A stretch of DNA of 64,000 nucleotides from Myxococcales bacterium (GCA_037445065.1 JBBILD010000004.1:96001-160000), one strand, 5' to 3'; positions 18,674 through 29,693 are shown, numbered from the stretch's first letter. The notes: a model not told the origin generated them from the letters alone. A program made the numbers and translations.

Positions 18674-18817
18674 GGCGCCTCGGTTCGTTGCCGCACCTCT
18701 TCGGGCCACTTCACCGCGTTTTCTTGGTAGGTGGCGGCCGCGGTAGCGCCGTTTTCCCCAATTGGCGGGCCGGGCGCCGGCAGCTTGCCGTGCGGCGCCA
18801 ATGTCACTGTGGCGCGC

Positions 18818-19030
18818 TCAGCGCCGGAACAGATGGAGGAGCAGGGTCAGAAGCAGGCTCAGGATCAGGCTGGTCATGAGCGGGAAGTAAATGCGCACGC
18901 GCTCGCCCTCGTAGTAGAGGTCGCCAGGAAGGCGGCCGAGCCATGGAACCTTCCCGGCCAGAGTCAGCAGCAAGCCCAGCACCAAGAACACGACTCCCAG
19001 CAGGATGAGCAAACGACCGAACTCCGACAT
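18818..19030 (-). CDS. DUF2905 family small membrane protein
   Basis: LGRLPGDL...IYFPLMTSLILSLLLT signature; typical position after ruvB. Confidence 0.85.
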   Translation of the reverse strand: MSEFGRLLILLGVVFLVLGLLLTLAGKVPWLGRLPGDLYYEGERVRIYFPLMTSLILSLLLTLLLHLFRR

Positions 19031-19081
19031 CAGAGTGGACTCCACGATACGATGCGAGATGCCACGATGTGAAATTGCAAC

Positions 19082-20170
19082 CTAGTCGAAGAGCGCCCCT
19101 TGGCGAGGGGAGGCGCGGTAGGGTTTCCCCAGCGCCTCATAAGCAAGCCGAGTCGCCACCCGGCCGCGCGGAGTGCGGGCCAAATATCCCTCCTGGAGGA
19201 GAAACGGCTCATAGACGTCCTCGATCGTGTCGGCTTCCTCACCAATGGCCGCAGCCAGCGTAGCGATTCCGACTGGTCCGCCATCGAATTTCTCCACCAA
19301 TGTGGAGAGAATCGTGCGGTCCATGGCATCGAAGCCACGCTGGTCGACACCGAGCAGGCTCAGCGCTTGGTCGGCGACGCCGGCCGAGATCGTTCCGCCG
19401 GCGCGTACTTGAGCGTAGTCGCGAGCCCGGCGCAGCAGGCGGTTTGCAATTCGAGGTGTGCCGCGTGCGCGTCGCGCGATCTCGAGTGCGCCATCCGGCT
19501 CGAGGCCCACGGCAAGAATGCGGGCGGAGCGACTCACGATGCGCACCAAGTCGTCTGCGGAATAAAAATCCAAGCGAAAGGTAGCACCGAAACGGTCGCG
19601 CAAAGGCGAGGTGAGCAAGCCGGCGCGGGTGGTCGCCCCGATGAGGGTGAAGCGGCGGAGGTCGAGGCGCAAGCTGCGGGCGCTCGGACCTTGTCCGACG
19701 AGCACGTCAATCTGGTAGTCCTCCATGGCTGGATAGAGAATTTCTTCTACCACTCGGCTCAAGCGGTGGATCTCGTCAATGAACAAGACATCGCCGTGGT
19801 CGAGGCTGGTGAGCAGCGCGGCTAGATCGCCCGGGCGCTCGATCACAGGGCCGGAGGTGACATGAATCCGCACGCCCATCTCGCGCGCGATAATATGTGC
19901 CAAGGACGTTTTCCCGAGGCCTGGCGGACCGTAGAAGAGCATGTGCTCGAGGGGCTCCCCACGCCCCTTGGCCGCTTCGATCATCACTTGTAGGTTGGCC
20001 TTCACGTTGTTTTGGCCGACGTATTCGTCGAGTGTTCCGGGTCGTAAGGTGGCGTCGAGCCAGGCATCGTCCCACACCGGCTGCGCAGTCGTCGCTTCCG
20101 CGCGCGCTGTCCCTGGGGCCTCTGCGGTAGCCCGGTTAACAAACTCCGGCTGGCGCTCTTTGCCCTTCAT
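19082..20170 (-). CDS. ruvB: Holliday junction branch migration helicase RuvB
   Basis: [39 protein letters not shown]. Confidence 0.97.
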   Translation of the reverse strand: MKGKERQPEFVNRATAEAPGTARAEATTAQPVWDDAWLDATLRPGTLDEYVGQNNVKANLQVMIEAAKGRGEPLEHMLFYGPPGLGKTSLAHIIAREMGVRIHVTSGPVIERPGDLAALLTSLDHGDVLFIDEIHRLSRVVEEILYPAMEDYQIDVLVGQGPSARSLRLDLRRFTLIGATTRAGLLTSPLRDRFGATFRLDFYSADDLVRIVSRSARILAVGLEPDGALEIARRARGTPRIANRLLRRARDYAQVRAGGTISAGVADQALSLLGVDQRGFDAMDRTILSTLVEKFDGGPVGIATLAAAIGEEADTIEDVYEPFLLQEGYLARTPRGRVATRLAYEALGKPYRASPRQGALFD

Positions 20171-20754
20171 GCAGCCATCCTGCGCAGAGCGTTACGAATC
20201 AAACCCTCGAGACTATCCGCGCCGGCGGCGCGTGCTGCGGCCACGGCCTGCTCTGCTTCCGCGGCGCGATAGCCGAGATTCACCAGGGCCGACACCGCTT
20301 CGGCCTCCAGGTGGCCCATTGCAGGAACTGCTGACGGTTCTTCCGAGCGAAGTCGGCCAATTTTATCCCTGAGTTCGACCAACAGGCGCGCAGCAGTTTT
20401 TTTCCCGACCCCGGGGATCCGCACGAGGTGTGCAGTGTCTCCATCGCGAATCGCTCGCACGAGGTCACCCGCCGGACAGCCGGAGAGAATATTGAGTGCG
20501 AGGCGAGGGCCGATGCCTTGTACTTCCAAGAGAAGCTCGAACAGATCCCGCTCTTCAATGGCGAGAAATCCGTACAGTTGCAGAGCGTCCTCGCGCACGT
20601 ACGTGTACACGTGCACCCGCACCGGCTGGCCTAGCTCGGGCAACTGGCAGTAACTGGGGACGGACAAAAACACCTGGTAGCCCACCCCGTTGACGTCAAT
20701 GACGGCGAGCGAGGGGCTTTTCGCTGCCAAAGTGCCGCAGAGATACGCGATCAT
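20167..20754 (-). CDS. ruvA: Holliday junction branch migration protein RuvA
   Basis: MIAYLx[37 protein letters not shown]. Confidence 0.95.
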   Translation of the reverse strand: MIAYLCGTLAAKSPSLAVIDVNGVGYQVFLSVPSYCQLPELGQPVRVHVYTYVREDALQLYGFLAIEERDLFELLLEVQGIGPRLALNILSGCPAGDLVRAIRDGDTAHLVRIPGVGKKTAARLLVELRDKIGRLRSEEPSAVPAMGHLEAEAVSALVNLGYRAAEAEQAVAAARAAGADSLEGLIRNALRRMAA

Positions 20755-21299
20755 GAACGCATTCTTTTTATCCGACCTCGCCGCCAGAGCAAACCACGAA
20801 CCGATTGCGGCAGCTTTTGCGCAAATGGCGATGTTTGCAAGTGGCAGAGTGCCAGAGCCAAAGCATCGGCAGCGTCGCTCGAAGGCAAGTCCGGCAAGCT
20901 CAAAAGCCGCGCCACCATGGCTTGGATTTGTTCCTTCGAAGCGCGACCGTTGCCTGCTACCGCAAGCTTGACCGTGGCCGGGGTGTATTCCACCACGGGT
21001 AGCCCGTGCCCTCCAACGGCTGCTAGGATCGCCCCCCGGGCCTCGCCGAGGCGCAACGCACTTTGCACGTTTTCCCCGGAAAAGTTGCGCTCCAGCGCGA
21101 CGAGCTGGGGGGAGAACTCGGTGAGAACTGCTTCGAGCCTGCGCGCGAGTTCGGCTAACCGAGCGCTGAGGCTTCCGCGCAAGTGCCACACCCCATGGGC
21201 CACAGCGCGCGCATCGCGCAGGGGCCCTTGCACCACTGCCCAGCCGGAGACCCGCGTGCCTGGATCGACGCCCAGCACCCGCACCGCATTGTTCCCCAC
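20751..21299 (-). CDS. ruvC: Crossover junction endodeoxyribonuclease RuvC
   Basis: VLGVDPG, LGEARG, EYTPATVK..V.GNGRASKEQ, DAADALA; GAGGAGG before GTG 21299. Confidence 0.95.
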   Translation of the reverse strand: MGNNAVRVLGVDPGTRVSGWAVVQGPLRDARAVAHGVWHLRGSLSARLAELARRLEAVLTEFSPQLVALERNFSGENVQSALRLGEARGAILAAVGGHGLPVVEYTPATVKLAVAGNGRASKEQIQAMVARLLSLPDLPSSDAADALALALCHLQTSPFAQKLPQSVRGLLWRRGRIKRMRS

Positions 21300-21348
21300 C
21301 GCTCCTCCTCGCGCCACGCTGCGGTGGAGTGGGATCCCCGCAGCCTTG

Positions 21349-22098
21349 CTAAGCGCTCAACCGTTCCAGCTCGTCTTGGTCGAAGTCTGCATTGGAGGCA
21401 ACGCTTTGCACGTCGTCGTGGTCTTCGAGTGCCTCCAGCAGTTTCATGGTCTGCTCTGCCTCCACACCCACTACCCGAACTGTGCTTTCCGGAATCATCG
21501 AGACGTCGGCGGCCTGGATCGGAATTCCGGCAGCTTGGATCGCTTGCTTCACGGCTTCAAACGACTCGGGTGCTGTCAGCACCTCGAAGCTCCCATCGCC
21601 CTCGCTGACGTCCTCCGCCCCGGCCTCGAGGGCCACCTCCATCAAACGATCCTCGTCCACTTGCGTTTTGTCCACAGTGATCACGCCGCGCTTCTTGAAC
21701 ATCCAGGAGACGCACCCGGTACTGCCGAGACTCCCTCCCGATTTTTCGAACAAGCGCCGGATTTCGGCCACGGTGCGGTTCCGGTTATCCGTCATTGCCT
21801 GCACCAAGATGGCCACGCCACCAGGGCCGTAGCCCTCGTACTGCACCTCCTCGTAGGCGACACCCTCTAGTTCGCCCGTGCCGCGCTTGATCGCCCGCTC
21901 GATGTTTTCGGCAGGCATGCTGTGTTCGCGTGCGGTTTGCACGGCTGTTCGCAAGCGCGGGTTTGCATTCAAGTCGCCTCCGCCCAAGCGAGCGGCGACC
22001 GTGATTTCCTTGATCAGCTTGGTGAACAGCTTACCGCGTTTCGCGTCGCGCGCCGCCTTTTTGTGGCGAATGGAGTGCCATTTGGAATGCCCGGACAT
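21349..22098 (-). CDS. yebC: YebC/PmpR family protein
   Basis: [34 protein letters not shown]. Confidence 0.95.
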   Translation of the reverse strand: MSGHSKWHSIRHKKAARDAKRGKLFTKLIKEITVAARLGGGDLNANPRLRTAVQTAREHSMPAENIERAIKRGTGELEGVAYEEVQYEGYGPGGVAILVQAMTDNRNRTVAEIRRLFEKSGGSLGSTGCVSWMFKKRGVITVDKTQVDEDRLMEVALEAGAEDVSEGDGSFEVLTAPESFEAVKQAIQAAGIPIQAADVSMIPESTVRVVGVEAEQTMKLLEALEDHDDVQSVASNADFDQDELERLSA

Positions 22099-22145
22099 GA
22101 ACCTTAGCCCTCCTCATCGAGGCCATGATCGGTCGAGTAGGCTAG

Positions 22146-22174
22146 CCGCTAGCACAGGCACCTGGGGGTGTAAA
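22146..22174 (-). promoter_or_regulatory. Candidate sigma70-type promoter for yebC-ruvCAB
   Basis: TTTACA-17 bp-TAGCGG with a TG extension. Confidence 0.45.
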
Positions 22175-22198
22175 CCGAGGTGCCCGTCCTCGGCGGCC

Positions 22199-23032
22199 TC
22201 ACGGACCCGGCGCCGAAGGCCGGGCGCCAGCTTTGTGCTCTGGGTTGGCAACCCCACTTCGCTGGCGCCCGCGAAGGCGGCGGCCCAGAACCCAGGCCAC
22301 CCGGGCCGGGCCGCTCAAGGCGTAGCCGTAAAAGCCGAAGAAGAGGAAGAGCTGCGGCTCGGCGATGAGAAGCTTGAGCAGCAAGATGGCGACGAGGAGA
22401 CTCCAAAACGGCTGGCGCCGCAACAAATCCGTTTCTTTGAAACTGAAGTAGGGAACGGTGCTCACCATCAACCCGGCGAGGACGTAAGTGACGAGCAAGA
22501 GGAGCAGATGCTTGTCCGTCGGCCCAATCGCACCAAAGCGGTAAAAGAGCAGTACGGTCGCGGCGATGACTTCTGCTGCCGCCGGGATCGGCAAGCCGAT
22601 GAAATGCCGTTTCTCCATCGAGTCGAACTGCACGTTAAAGCGGGCCAAGCGCAGCGCTCCTGCGGTGAGGTACAAAGCCGCAGCGAGCCAACCCCACGAG
22701 CCCCAAGGTTCCAAGGCCCACCGGTAGATCAAGAGAGCGGGCGCCATGCCGAAAGCGACCAGGTCCGACAGCGAGTCGTACTCGATGCCGAAACGGGTAG
22801 TCGTGCGCGTGAATCTGGCCACGCGGCCATCGAGCATGTCGAACACATTGGCAATGAGGATGGCCACGGCCGCAGCGAAAAAATCCCCGCGCAGGCTCGC
22901 GACGATGGAGTAGAAACCAGCGAACAGGCCGCCGGTGGTGAGCAGATTCGGCAGGAGGTAAACGCCGCGGTTGAGAGGGGATCCGTCCTCCAGCGGCACG
23001 AGCACGCGAGAAGGTTTGCGTTCTACAGCCAT
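22199..23032 (-). CDS. pssA: CDP-diacylglycerol--serine O-phosphatidyltransferase
   Basis: LLPNLLT, FDMLDGRVAR, YDSLSDLVAFG.AP, LRLARFN, FIGLPIP. Confidence 0.93.
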   Translation of the reverse strand: MAVERKPSRVLVPLEDGSPLNRGVYLLPNLLTTGGLFAGFYSIVASLRGDFFAAAVAILIANVFDMLDGRVARFTRTTTRFGIEYDSLSDLVAFGMAPALLIYRWALEPWGSWGWLAAALYLTAGALRLARFNVQFDSMEKRHFIGLPIPAAAEVIAATVLLFYRFGAIGPTDKHLLLLLVTYVLAGLMVSTVPYFSFKETDLLRRQPFWSLLVAILLLKLLIAEPQLFLFFGFYGYALSGPARVAWVLGRRLRGRQRSGVANPEHKAGARPSAPGP

Positions 23033-23694
23033 CGCGCGATCACGGTTTCTCCTGCACGTGTCTTTTGCCCGACTTTGACCTCGGCCGCAACCTCGCGTGG
23101 CTGCAAGTAGACATCAGCGCGCGAACCGAACAGGATCATGCCGTAACGCTGCCCGCGCACGACCTGGTCCCCGCGTTGCACGCGGCACACGATGCGGCGG
23201 GCGATAAAGCCGGCAATCTGCACCACCCACAGCCGCCGCCCGTTTTCGCTTTCCAGCAGAAGTGCGTTTTGTTCGTTATCGAGAGACGCCTTATCCGCAA
23301 ACGCCCGGAAATACTTCCCAGGGTGGTAGCGCACCTCGCGCACCGTGCCGTTACAGGGAATGCGATTCACGTGCACGTCGAGGGGCGACATAAAAATGCT
23401 GATGCGCAGGACACGCTGCTCGAAGAAGCGAGGGTCGTCCACCTTTGCCACTTGGATCACGCGCCCATCGGCGGGCGCTACGATGGCGTGCGGATCGGCT
23501 GGCGGTCGCCGCTCCGGGTCGCGGAAGAAGTTCACCGTAAACGCGAAGGCAAGCCCGCCGAGAACGGTTCCTAGCCAACCGAATAGCCAAGCGAGCAGCG
23601 CCCACAAAAAGATCGTAACGAGGATGTGGGGAAACCCCTCCCGCGCGATGGGCAGGAACCGCGGCGTGGGAGAGGCTCCGAGCTGTTCCGCCAT
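23023..23694 (-). CDS. psd: Phosphatidylserine decarboxylase
   Basis: FFRDPER, APADGRV, IFMSPLDVHVNR, QIAGFIARRI, FGS autocleavage motif. Confidence 0.93.
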   Translation of the reverse strand: MAEQLGASPTPRFLPIAREGFPHILVTIFLWALLAWLFGWLGTVLGGLAFAFTVNFFRDPERRPPADPHAIVAPADGRVIQVAKVDDPRFFEQRVLRISIFMSPLDVHVNRIPCNGTVREVRYHPGKYFRAFADKASLDNEQNALLLESENGRRLWVVQIAGFIARRIVCRVQRGDQVVRGQRYGMILFGSRADVYLQPREVAAEVKVGQKTRAGETVIARWL

Positions 23695-23727
23695 CCTTGC
23701 CGTGGGGCTTTGCCGGTCTCGTTGCGC

Positions 23728-24747
23728 TTAGTTCTTGCTCTTATCTACGAGCCGCTGGCTAGCAAGCCACGGCATCAGGGCCCGCAGTCGAGCCCCGACC
23801 GCTTCGATCGGATGCTTGGCTGCTTCTTGTCGCAGCTCCCGGAAGCGGGGCATCCCACACTGGTACTCCGTAATCCATTCTTTGGCAAAGGCGCCGGACT
23901 GGATGTCCTCGAGAATCTTCTTCATTGCCGCGCGGCTCTCTTCGGTGATGACCCGCGGGCCGCGCGTCATGTCACCGTACTCGGCCGTGTTCGAGATCGA
24001 ATAGCGCATGTTGGCAATGCCGCCTTCGTAAATCAGGTCAACGATCAATTTGACCTCGTGCACGCACTCGAAGTACGCCATTTCCTCCGGGTAGCCAGCC
24101 TGCACGAGCGTTTCATAACCAGCACGAATCAGTTCCGTGAGCCCGCCGCACAGCACCGCTTGCTCGCCAAACAAATCCGTTTCCGTTTCGTCTTTGAAGG
24201 TGGTTTCGAGCACGCCGGCTCGCGTGCCACCGATCGCCTGCGCGTACGCCAGACCTACCTCGCGAGTATCGCCACTCGGGTCCTGATGAACCGCGAGCAA
24301 GCAAGGGACGCCGCGCCCCTTTTCAAACTCGCTGCGCACCAAATGCCCCGGCCCTTTGGGTGCGACCATAAAAACGTTGATCGAGGGGTCGGGAACGATG
24401 CGCCGAAAGTGAATGTTGAAGCCGTGGCCGAATGCAAGGTACTTCCCGGCGCTCAGGCCCGGAGCGATTTCACTTTCGTAGAGGTCGCCGGCCACCTCGT
24501 CGGGCACCAGCACCATGACAATGTCACCCCAGCGTGCCGCTTCTGCCGTTTCGCGGACCGTAAACCCGGCCGCCTCGGCCTTGGGCCACGAGGAGCCACC
24601 GCGGTGCAGACCAACCATCACCTCGATGCCGCTGTCGCGCAGGTTGAGCGCGTGAGCGTGCCCTTGGCTGCCGTAACCAATGATGGCCACCTTTTTACCG
24701 CGCAAAAAGCTCGGGTTGGCGTCGGAGTCTTTAAATACGCGCATCAT
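23728..24747 (-). CDS. ilvC: Ketol-acid reductoisomerase
   Basis: [42 protein letters not shown]. Confidence 0.97.
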   Translation of the reverse strand: MMRVFKDSDANPSFLRGKKVAIIGYGSQGHAHALNLRDSGIEVMVGLHRGGSSWPKAEAAGFTVRETAEAARWGDIVMVLVPDEVAGDLYESEIAPGLSAGKYLAFGHGFNIHFRRIVPDPSINVFMVAPKGPGHLVRSEFEKGRGVPCLLAVHQDPSGDTREVGLAYAQAIGGTRAGVLETTFKDETETDLFGEQAVLCGGLTELIRAGYETLVQAGYPEEMAYFECVHEVKLIVDLIYEGGIANMRYSISNTAEYGDMTRGPRVITEESRAAMKKILEDIQSGAFAKEWITEYQCGMPRFRELRQEAAKHPIEAVGARLRALMPWLASQRLVDKSKN

Positions 24748-25265
24748 GCTACTTCTTCACTTTCTTCCGTTTCTGGGGGTTGCACGACCTTTGCGCCTCG
24801 GTGCATGGCTACCTTGCCGGTGCGCACGATCTCCAAGATGCCAAGCGTGCGCAAGAGGTCGATAAACGCCTCGATTTTCTCGTCGTCCCCGGTCACTTCG
24901 ACGATAAACGACTTAGGACCCACGTCGATGACCTTGCCCCGGAAGATGTCCACCACGTTCATCAACTCGGCTCGGGTGGTGCTGTCGGCGCGCACTTTGA
25001 CCAGCGCCATCTCCCGTTCCACGTGAGAGGAGCCGGTAAAATCGGTGACTTGGATGACGCCGATCAGTTTGTTGAGCTGCTTCTCGATTTGTTCGACCAC
25101 CCGGTCATCACCGCGAGTCACGAGCGTGATCCGCGACACGGTGGGGTCGAGCGTGACCGCAACCGTGAGGCTTTCGATGTTGAAAGCCCGGGCGCTGAAC
25201 AAGCCGGCGACGCGAGACAAAACGCCGAACTCGTTTTCCACCAAGACAGAAATCGTGTGTCGCAT
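24744..25265 (-). CDS. ilvN: Acetolactate synthase small (regulatory) subunit
   Basis: [48 protein letters not shown]. Confidence 0.95.
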   Translation of the reverse strand: MRHTISVLVENEFGVLSRVAGLFSARAFNIESLTVAVTLDPTVSRITLVTRGDDRVVEQIEKQLNKLIGVIQVTDFTGSSHVEREMALVKVRADSTTRAELMNVVDIFRGKVIDVGPKSFIVEVTGDDEKIEAFIDLLRTLGILEIVRTGKVAMHRGAKVVQPPETEESEEVA

Positions 25266-25315
25266 CGGGTCGTAAGGGCCAGGTCAGGCAGTGCAGTGAG
25301 CGCGCCGGGGGCGGC

Positions 25316-25558
25316 TCAGGCACTCAGGGATTTGCCCGCTTGGCGGTAGCGGGCCAGGATTCCCATGATTTTGTCTTTCCCGGCCAGTTTGAGTTTTTGC
25401 AATCGCTTGCGCTCTACTTCCTGGGCTGGGGTGAGATAGAGGCGACGATTGAACTCTGCCAGTTGCTGCTCCAGCTCGAGGTGCTCCAGGTAGTAGTGCC
25501 GGAGCTCCTCGTCCTGATCCATCAACTGGCGAATGAGTTCTTCGTCTTTTCGATCCAT
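25316..25558 (-). CDS. DUF465 (YdcH-like) small coiled-coil protein
   Basis: EH.ELE...YLTP.QEVERKRLQKLKL.GKD.I; AGGAGG 9 nt upstream of ATG. Confidence 0.85.
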   Translation of the reverse strand: MDRKDEELIRQLMDQDEELRHYYLEHLELEQQLAEFNRRLYLTPAQEVERKRLQKLKLAGKDKIMGILARYRQAGKSLSA

Positions 25559-25604
25559 CTTGGCCACCCTCCTGCCGTTCGTGTGGGCAAGCGATAACGG
25601 CACT

Positions 25605-25633
25605 CGGATAGCCCATCTGGGCAAACCTGTCAA
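25605..25633 (-). promoter_or_regulatory. Candidate sigma70-type promoter for DUF465-ilvN-ilvC-psd-pssA
   Basis: Consensus TTGACA (overlapping the tsaB stop codon), 17 bp, then TATCCG. Confidence 0.5.
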
Positions 25634-26343
25634 ACCAACTGGCGCTGGCCTTCTCGTAACTTTTTCAGCTTTTTCCGGAACGTTTCCTCGGCCTCGCTGG
25701 CGCGAACGTAACGCGGCTCGAGATGTTCCGGGGGGTGTGGTCGGCCGTGTTGCAAGGCCAGGCGTGCCACCGCCACCGCGCACGCCCCATCCTCCGGGAA
25801 GGGGACCATCCTTGCCTGTGTCCCCAACTCTCGTTCCCACTCGGCCCCATAGCGATCGCAAGCATCCCCGATGATCGCGACGGGTCGGGGCAGTCGCGCC
25901 AGTAACGACCCGGGTGACAGCAACCACTCGCCGCCGAGTGGGAAGCATTGCTCACCCTGGCGCTCAAAAAGGCCCGCGTACACCTCTCCCCCCCGTGCAT
26001 CCAGTACCGCTGCCACCGTTCCGCTCTCGACCGGTGCGGCCAGGGCCAGTGCTTGTAACGTGGGCACAGGTAGGACCGGCAGGTCCACGGCAAAGGCAAT
26101 GGATTTGGCCAGGCTCAGCCCCACGCGTAACCCGGTAAAAGAACCTGGGCCAGCAGATACAGCGATGGCGTCCAGCGAGCGGACCTCGCAGCGCGCTTCC
26201 CCCAGCACCTCTTGAATCATCGGCAACACGTGCGCGGTATGCTCACCGCGGGTCGTGCGGCAGCGCACCACCGAAGTGTCTGGCCCGGCCACTAGGGCCA
26301 CGCTGGCTCGCCAGGTCGCTGTGTCAATCGCCAGAATCCGCAT
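25630..26343 (-). CDS. tsaB: tRNA threonylcarbamoyladenosine biosynthesis protein TsaB
   Basis: MRILAIDTAT, GPGSFTGLRVG, LDAR.GEVY, LEP.YVR. Confidence 0.93.
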   Translation of the reverse strand: MRILAIDTATWRASVALVAGPDTSVVRCRTTRGEHTAHVLPMIQEVLGEARCEVRSLDAIAVSAGPGSFTGLRVGLSLAKSIAFAVDLPVLPVPTLQALALAAPVESGTVAAVLDARGGEVYAGLFERQGEQCFPLGGEWLLSPGSLLARLPRPVAIIGDACDRYGAEWERELGTQARMVPFPEDGACAVAVARLALQHGRPHPPEHLEPRYVRASEAEETFRKKLKKLREGQRQLV

Positions 26344-26462
26344 CGAATCGTTGCTCTGAGCGAAAGTCCGAAGGCTCCGGGATTTGCTCGGCCAAAGAGT
26401 AGGGCTGTTCACCGAACTCGGCTAGGACCGCTTCCTTACAGCAGTTTGCGGGCGGCGGCCGC

Positions 26463-27539
26463 CTAGCCCCACCGTTTCAGGACGCGAGCGATGTCGTTGT
26501 AAAAGGCAAAGACCATGAGCAGGAGAAGGAGCACCAGGCCAACTTGCTGTGCAATTTCTCGGTAGCGGATATCAATCGGCCGCCGGCGGATGGCCTCGAT
26601 CAAGAAGAAGAACAGGTGGCCACCATCGAGAACGGGGATCGGCAAGAGATTGAGCACGGCCAGGTTGACGCTGATCACCGCCATGAAATGCAGCAAGTAC
26701 TCGAGGCCGAGCCGCGCTTGCTCTCCGGCCGCCTGGGCGATGAGGATGGGTCCGCCAATTTCACGCGCGGGGATCTTGCCGGTAAGCATTTTGCCGATGC
26801 TGACCACGATCGTTTCTACCCACCAGGCAGTTTGTTGCACGGCCATCCAGGAGGCACGCAGTGGCCCGACGACTTGTACATCGAACCCCCGCTCGATCCC
26901 GATCACGTAGGCGGTTCCGGTGACTTCGCCGAACAGGTTTTTTTCTTCCCGTGGTTGGGGAGTGACCGAGACCTCCAGTCGCTGGCCAGCGCGTTCGACG
27001 GTGAGGACCACGGTTCGGCCACCGCTGCCACGGATCGCCTGGGAAAGTTCGTCCCAAGTCGCAACGGGCTTACCGTCCACCGCCAGCACGGTGTCGCCAC
27101 TTTTCAGACCGGCCGCCGCAGCCGGCATGTCCGCCATCACGTTCCCCACTTTCGCATGCTCGCTCGGTACGCGGGCGCCGTAGGTCGCGAACACCAGAGC
27201 GAAGGCCGCGACCGTGAACAGCAAATTGGCAAAAGGCCCGGCGAACACGATTGCAAAACGCTTCCAAAGCGGTTGTGCCTGGAAGGATGCGGCGCGTTGT
27301 TCTTCACTGACGGCCTCTTCCGGATCCTCACCCACCATCTTCACGTAACCGCCTAACGGGATGGCACTGATCACGTATTCGGTCTCACCGATTTTGCGAC
27401 CCACCACGACAGGCCCGAAGCCAATAGAAAACTTGAGCACGCCGACACCGCTCCACTTGGCCACCAGAAAGTGGCCCAGCTCGTGGAAGAGGATCAGCAA
27501 GCCGAGAACAACGACAGCAGCGACAATGGTCACGATCAT
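26463..27539 (-). CDS. rseP: RIP metalloprotease RseP
   Basis: HELGH, FSIGFGP, IPLGGYVKM, single PDZ domain, NLLPIPVLDGG. Confidence 0.95.
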   Translation of the reverse strand: MIVTIVAAVVVLGLLILFHELGHFLVAKWSGVGVLKFSIGFGPVVVGRKIGETEYVISAIPLGGYVKMVGEDPEEAVSEEQRAASFQAQPLWKRFAIVFAGPFANLLFTVAAFALVFATYGARVPSEHAKVGNVMADMPAAAAGLKSGDTVLAVDGKPVATWDELSQAIRGSGGRTVVLTVERAGQRLEVSVTPQPREEKNLFGEVTGTAYVIGIERGFDVQVVGPLRASWMAVQQTAWWVETIVVSIGKMLTGKIPAREIGGPILIAQAAGEQARLGLEYLLHFMAVISVNLAVLNLLPIPVLDGGHLFFFLIEAIRRRPIDIRYREIAQQVGLVLLLLLMVFAFYNDIARVLKRWG

Positions 27540-27559
27540 GAGACGGCACGACCTCCGGC

Positions 27560-28363
27560 CTAGCGGCCCGTGAATAACTCTACGTAGTAGTAAACCAGAA
27601 CCACGGGGAAAAGCAGACTGTCGATTCGGTCGAGCACGCCACCGTGTCCCGGGAAAATCCAGCCCGAATCCTTGACGCCGAAGGCGCGCTTGAAAAGCGA
27701 CTCGCACAGGTCGCCCACCTGGCCCAAAACCCCCATAGCCGCTGCCAACGCCAGCATCTCGGCCAACGGCACGGAACGCAGCACGATCCAGTGGCACACC
27801 CAGCCGGTGAGGATGCTGAAAAGCAGGATCGCAAGCGCCCCTTCGATGCTTTTCTTGGGGCTGACGCGAGCGGCGAGTTGGTGGCGACCCCAGGTGCGGC
27901 CGACAAAATAACCGGCCGTGTCCCCGACCATGCCGACGGCGAGGACGAAAATGACCCAGTAAGGGCCGACCTCCGGGACACGGTGCAACCAAAGAAAGTG
28001 CGGCAGCAGCAGTGCGACATACGCGGCGCCGAGAAGAGCGAGACCAAGGTCCCGTAAAGCGGCTTCGAAGTCCGATCGGGAAAGCAGGATCCAGGTCAGC
28101 CCGAAGCATACCGCCGCGCTGGTGCCTGCGGCCAGCCACGCGCCTGGACCCGGCATCGCTCCAGCCAGCACCAGGGTGCCGAGCGCAACCACCAGCACCT
28201 GCTCGGCCAGCCTGCCGCCAAAGCAAATCAGTGCGATTTCGGACAAGCCCACTAGGGCGGCCAAAAAGACCACGGTTCCGATCGGCCAGGACACTGGCGC
28301 TAGGATCACAAGCAACAGCAGCGGAATGGCCACCGCTGCTGTTGCCAGCCTAGCGCGCAACAC
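27560..28363 (-). CDS. cdsA: Phosphatidate cytidylyltransferase
   Basis: DT.GYFVG, SPKKSIEG, GDLCES.FKR..GVKDSG.IFPGHGGVLDRIDS. Confidence 0.95.
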   Translation of the reverse strand: MLRARLATAAVAIPLLLLVILAPVSWPIGTVVFLAALVGLSEIALICFGGRLAEQVLVVALGTLVLAGAMPGPGAWLAAGTSAAVCFGLTWILLSRSDFEAALRDLGLALLGAAYVALLLPHFLWLHRVPEVGPYWVIFVLAVGMVGDTAGYFVGRTWGRHQLAARVSPKKSIEGALAILLFSILTGWVCHWIVLRSVPLAEMLALAAAMGVLGQVGDLCESLFKRAFGVKDSGWIFPGHGGVLDRIDSLLFPVVLVYYYVELFTGR

Positions 28364-29120
28364 GTAGTGGCTCCTTCTCCCGCGGGGACGGCACTCGTCC
28401 GAACCGGCGCTCCCTTTGCTGGTAAGCGAGCAAGGCGTCGTAGAACTCGTCTTCCCGAAAGTCGGGCCACAGTGTTTCGGTCACGTAGATTTCGCTGTAA
28501 GCGAGCGGCCACAGGAAAAAGTTGGATACGCGCAGCTCGCCGCTCGTACGGATGAGCAGGTCGGGGTCCGGGATGCCCGCTGTGCTCAGGTAACGGGCGA
28601 ACATGTCAGTGTCGATTTCTTCCGGATTGATCTCGCCCGCCCGCGCTGCCCGTGCCAGCGCACGTGCCGCCTGCACGATGTCTTCGCGGCCGCCGTAACT
28701 GACGGCGAGCACCACCGTCATGTCTTGGTTGTTCCGGGTCGCCTCCATCGTGGCTTCGAGGTCCGCTTGCAGGCCGTACGGCAGCCGCGCCAAGTCGCCC
28801 ACCGCGAGCAGGCGGATCCCATTCTTCATCATTCGGTGCAGTTCGGTGCGCAGGTAGCGGCGCAGCAAGCGCATAAGTGCATCCACCTCGCGGCGCGGGC
28901 GTTCCCAGTTTTCAGTCGAGAAAGCAAACAGGCTCAAGTACGGAATCCCGACTCTGCGACTGGCTTCGACCACGGCGCGCACGGAATCCTTGCCCCGTTT
29001 GTGCCCCTCGATACGGCTTAGCCCGCGCCGTTGGGCCCAGCGCCCATTGCCATCCATGATGATGGCGACGTGACGGGGAAGTCGGCCGAGATCGAGGTTT
29101 TCCGGAAGCGGCCGTGGCAC
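28350..29120 (-). CDS. uppS: Undecaprenyl diphosphate synthase (isoprenyl transferase)
   Basis: HVAIIMDGNGRWA, FSTENW.RP, DLLIRTSGE.R.SNF, RERRFG. Confidence 0.95.
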   Translation of the reverse strand: MPRPLPENLDLGRLPRHVAIIMDGNGRWAQRRGLSRIEGHKRGKDSVRAVVEASRRVGIPYLSLFAFSTENWERPRREVDALMRLLRRYLRTELHRMMKNGIRLLAVGDLARLPYGLQADLEATMEATRNNQDMTVVLAVSYGGREDIVQAARALARAARAGEINPEEIDTDMFARYLSTAGIPDPDLLIRTSGELRVSNFFLWPLAYSEIYVTETLWPDFREDEFYDALLAYQQRERRFGRVPSPREKEPLRVAR

Positions 29121-29125
29121 GACGC

Positions 29126-29683
29126 TTAGACCTCCAAGATCTCCGCCTCTTTGTTCTTTAACGCCTGGTCGATCCGCTCGATGTACGTCTTGGTCAAACT
29201 TTCGACTTTTTCCAGCGTTTTGCGCTCGTCGTCCTCGCTGATTTCTTTGTTTTTGAGCATGGTGCGCAGCCGCTCGACCGCATCGCGTCGGTGATTGCGC
29301 GCGGAAACGCGAAATTCCTCGCATACTTTGCGTACGTGCCGGACCAGCTCCTTGCGCCGCTCCTCGGTCAGTTCGGGGATCGGCACGCGGATCACTTTTC
29401 CGTCGTTGATGGGGTTGAGCCCGAGGTCGGACTGTTGGATGGCCCGCTCGATCTCTGGGATGATGCTGCGGTCGAACGGTTGGATCACGATCAACCTCGG
29501 CTCGGGCACGGACAAAGTCGCTACCTGGTTCAAAGGCGTGCGCGAGCCGTAATAATCCACCGTGATGCCATCGAGCAGAGCGGTGGTGGCGCGCCCGGTG
29601 CGCAGCCGCGTCAGCTCCCGCCCCAGGGCTTTTAAGGTCGCTTCCATTTCTTGTTTGAGTTTGTCCAGCACCTGCTCCGTCAT
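29126..29683 (-). CDS. frr: Ribosome recycling factor
   Basis: RTGRA, VDYYG, LGLNP.NDG, LTEERRKELV. Confidence 0.96.
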   Translation of the reverse strand: MTEQVLDKLKQEMEATLKALGRELTRLRTGRATTALLDGITVDYYGSRTPLNQVATLSVPEPRLIVIQPFDRSIIPEIERAIQQSDLGLNPINDGKVIRVPIPELTEERRKELVRHVRKVCEEFRVSARNHRRDAVERLRTMLKNKEISEDDERKTLEKVESLTKTYIERIDQALKNKEAEILEV

Positions 29684-29693
29684 GGCCCCGCCC

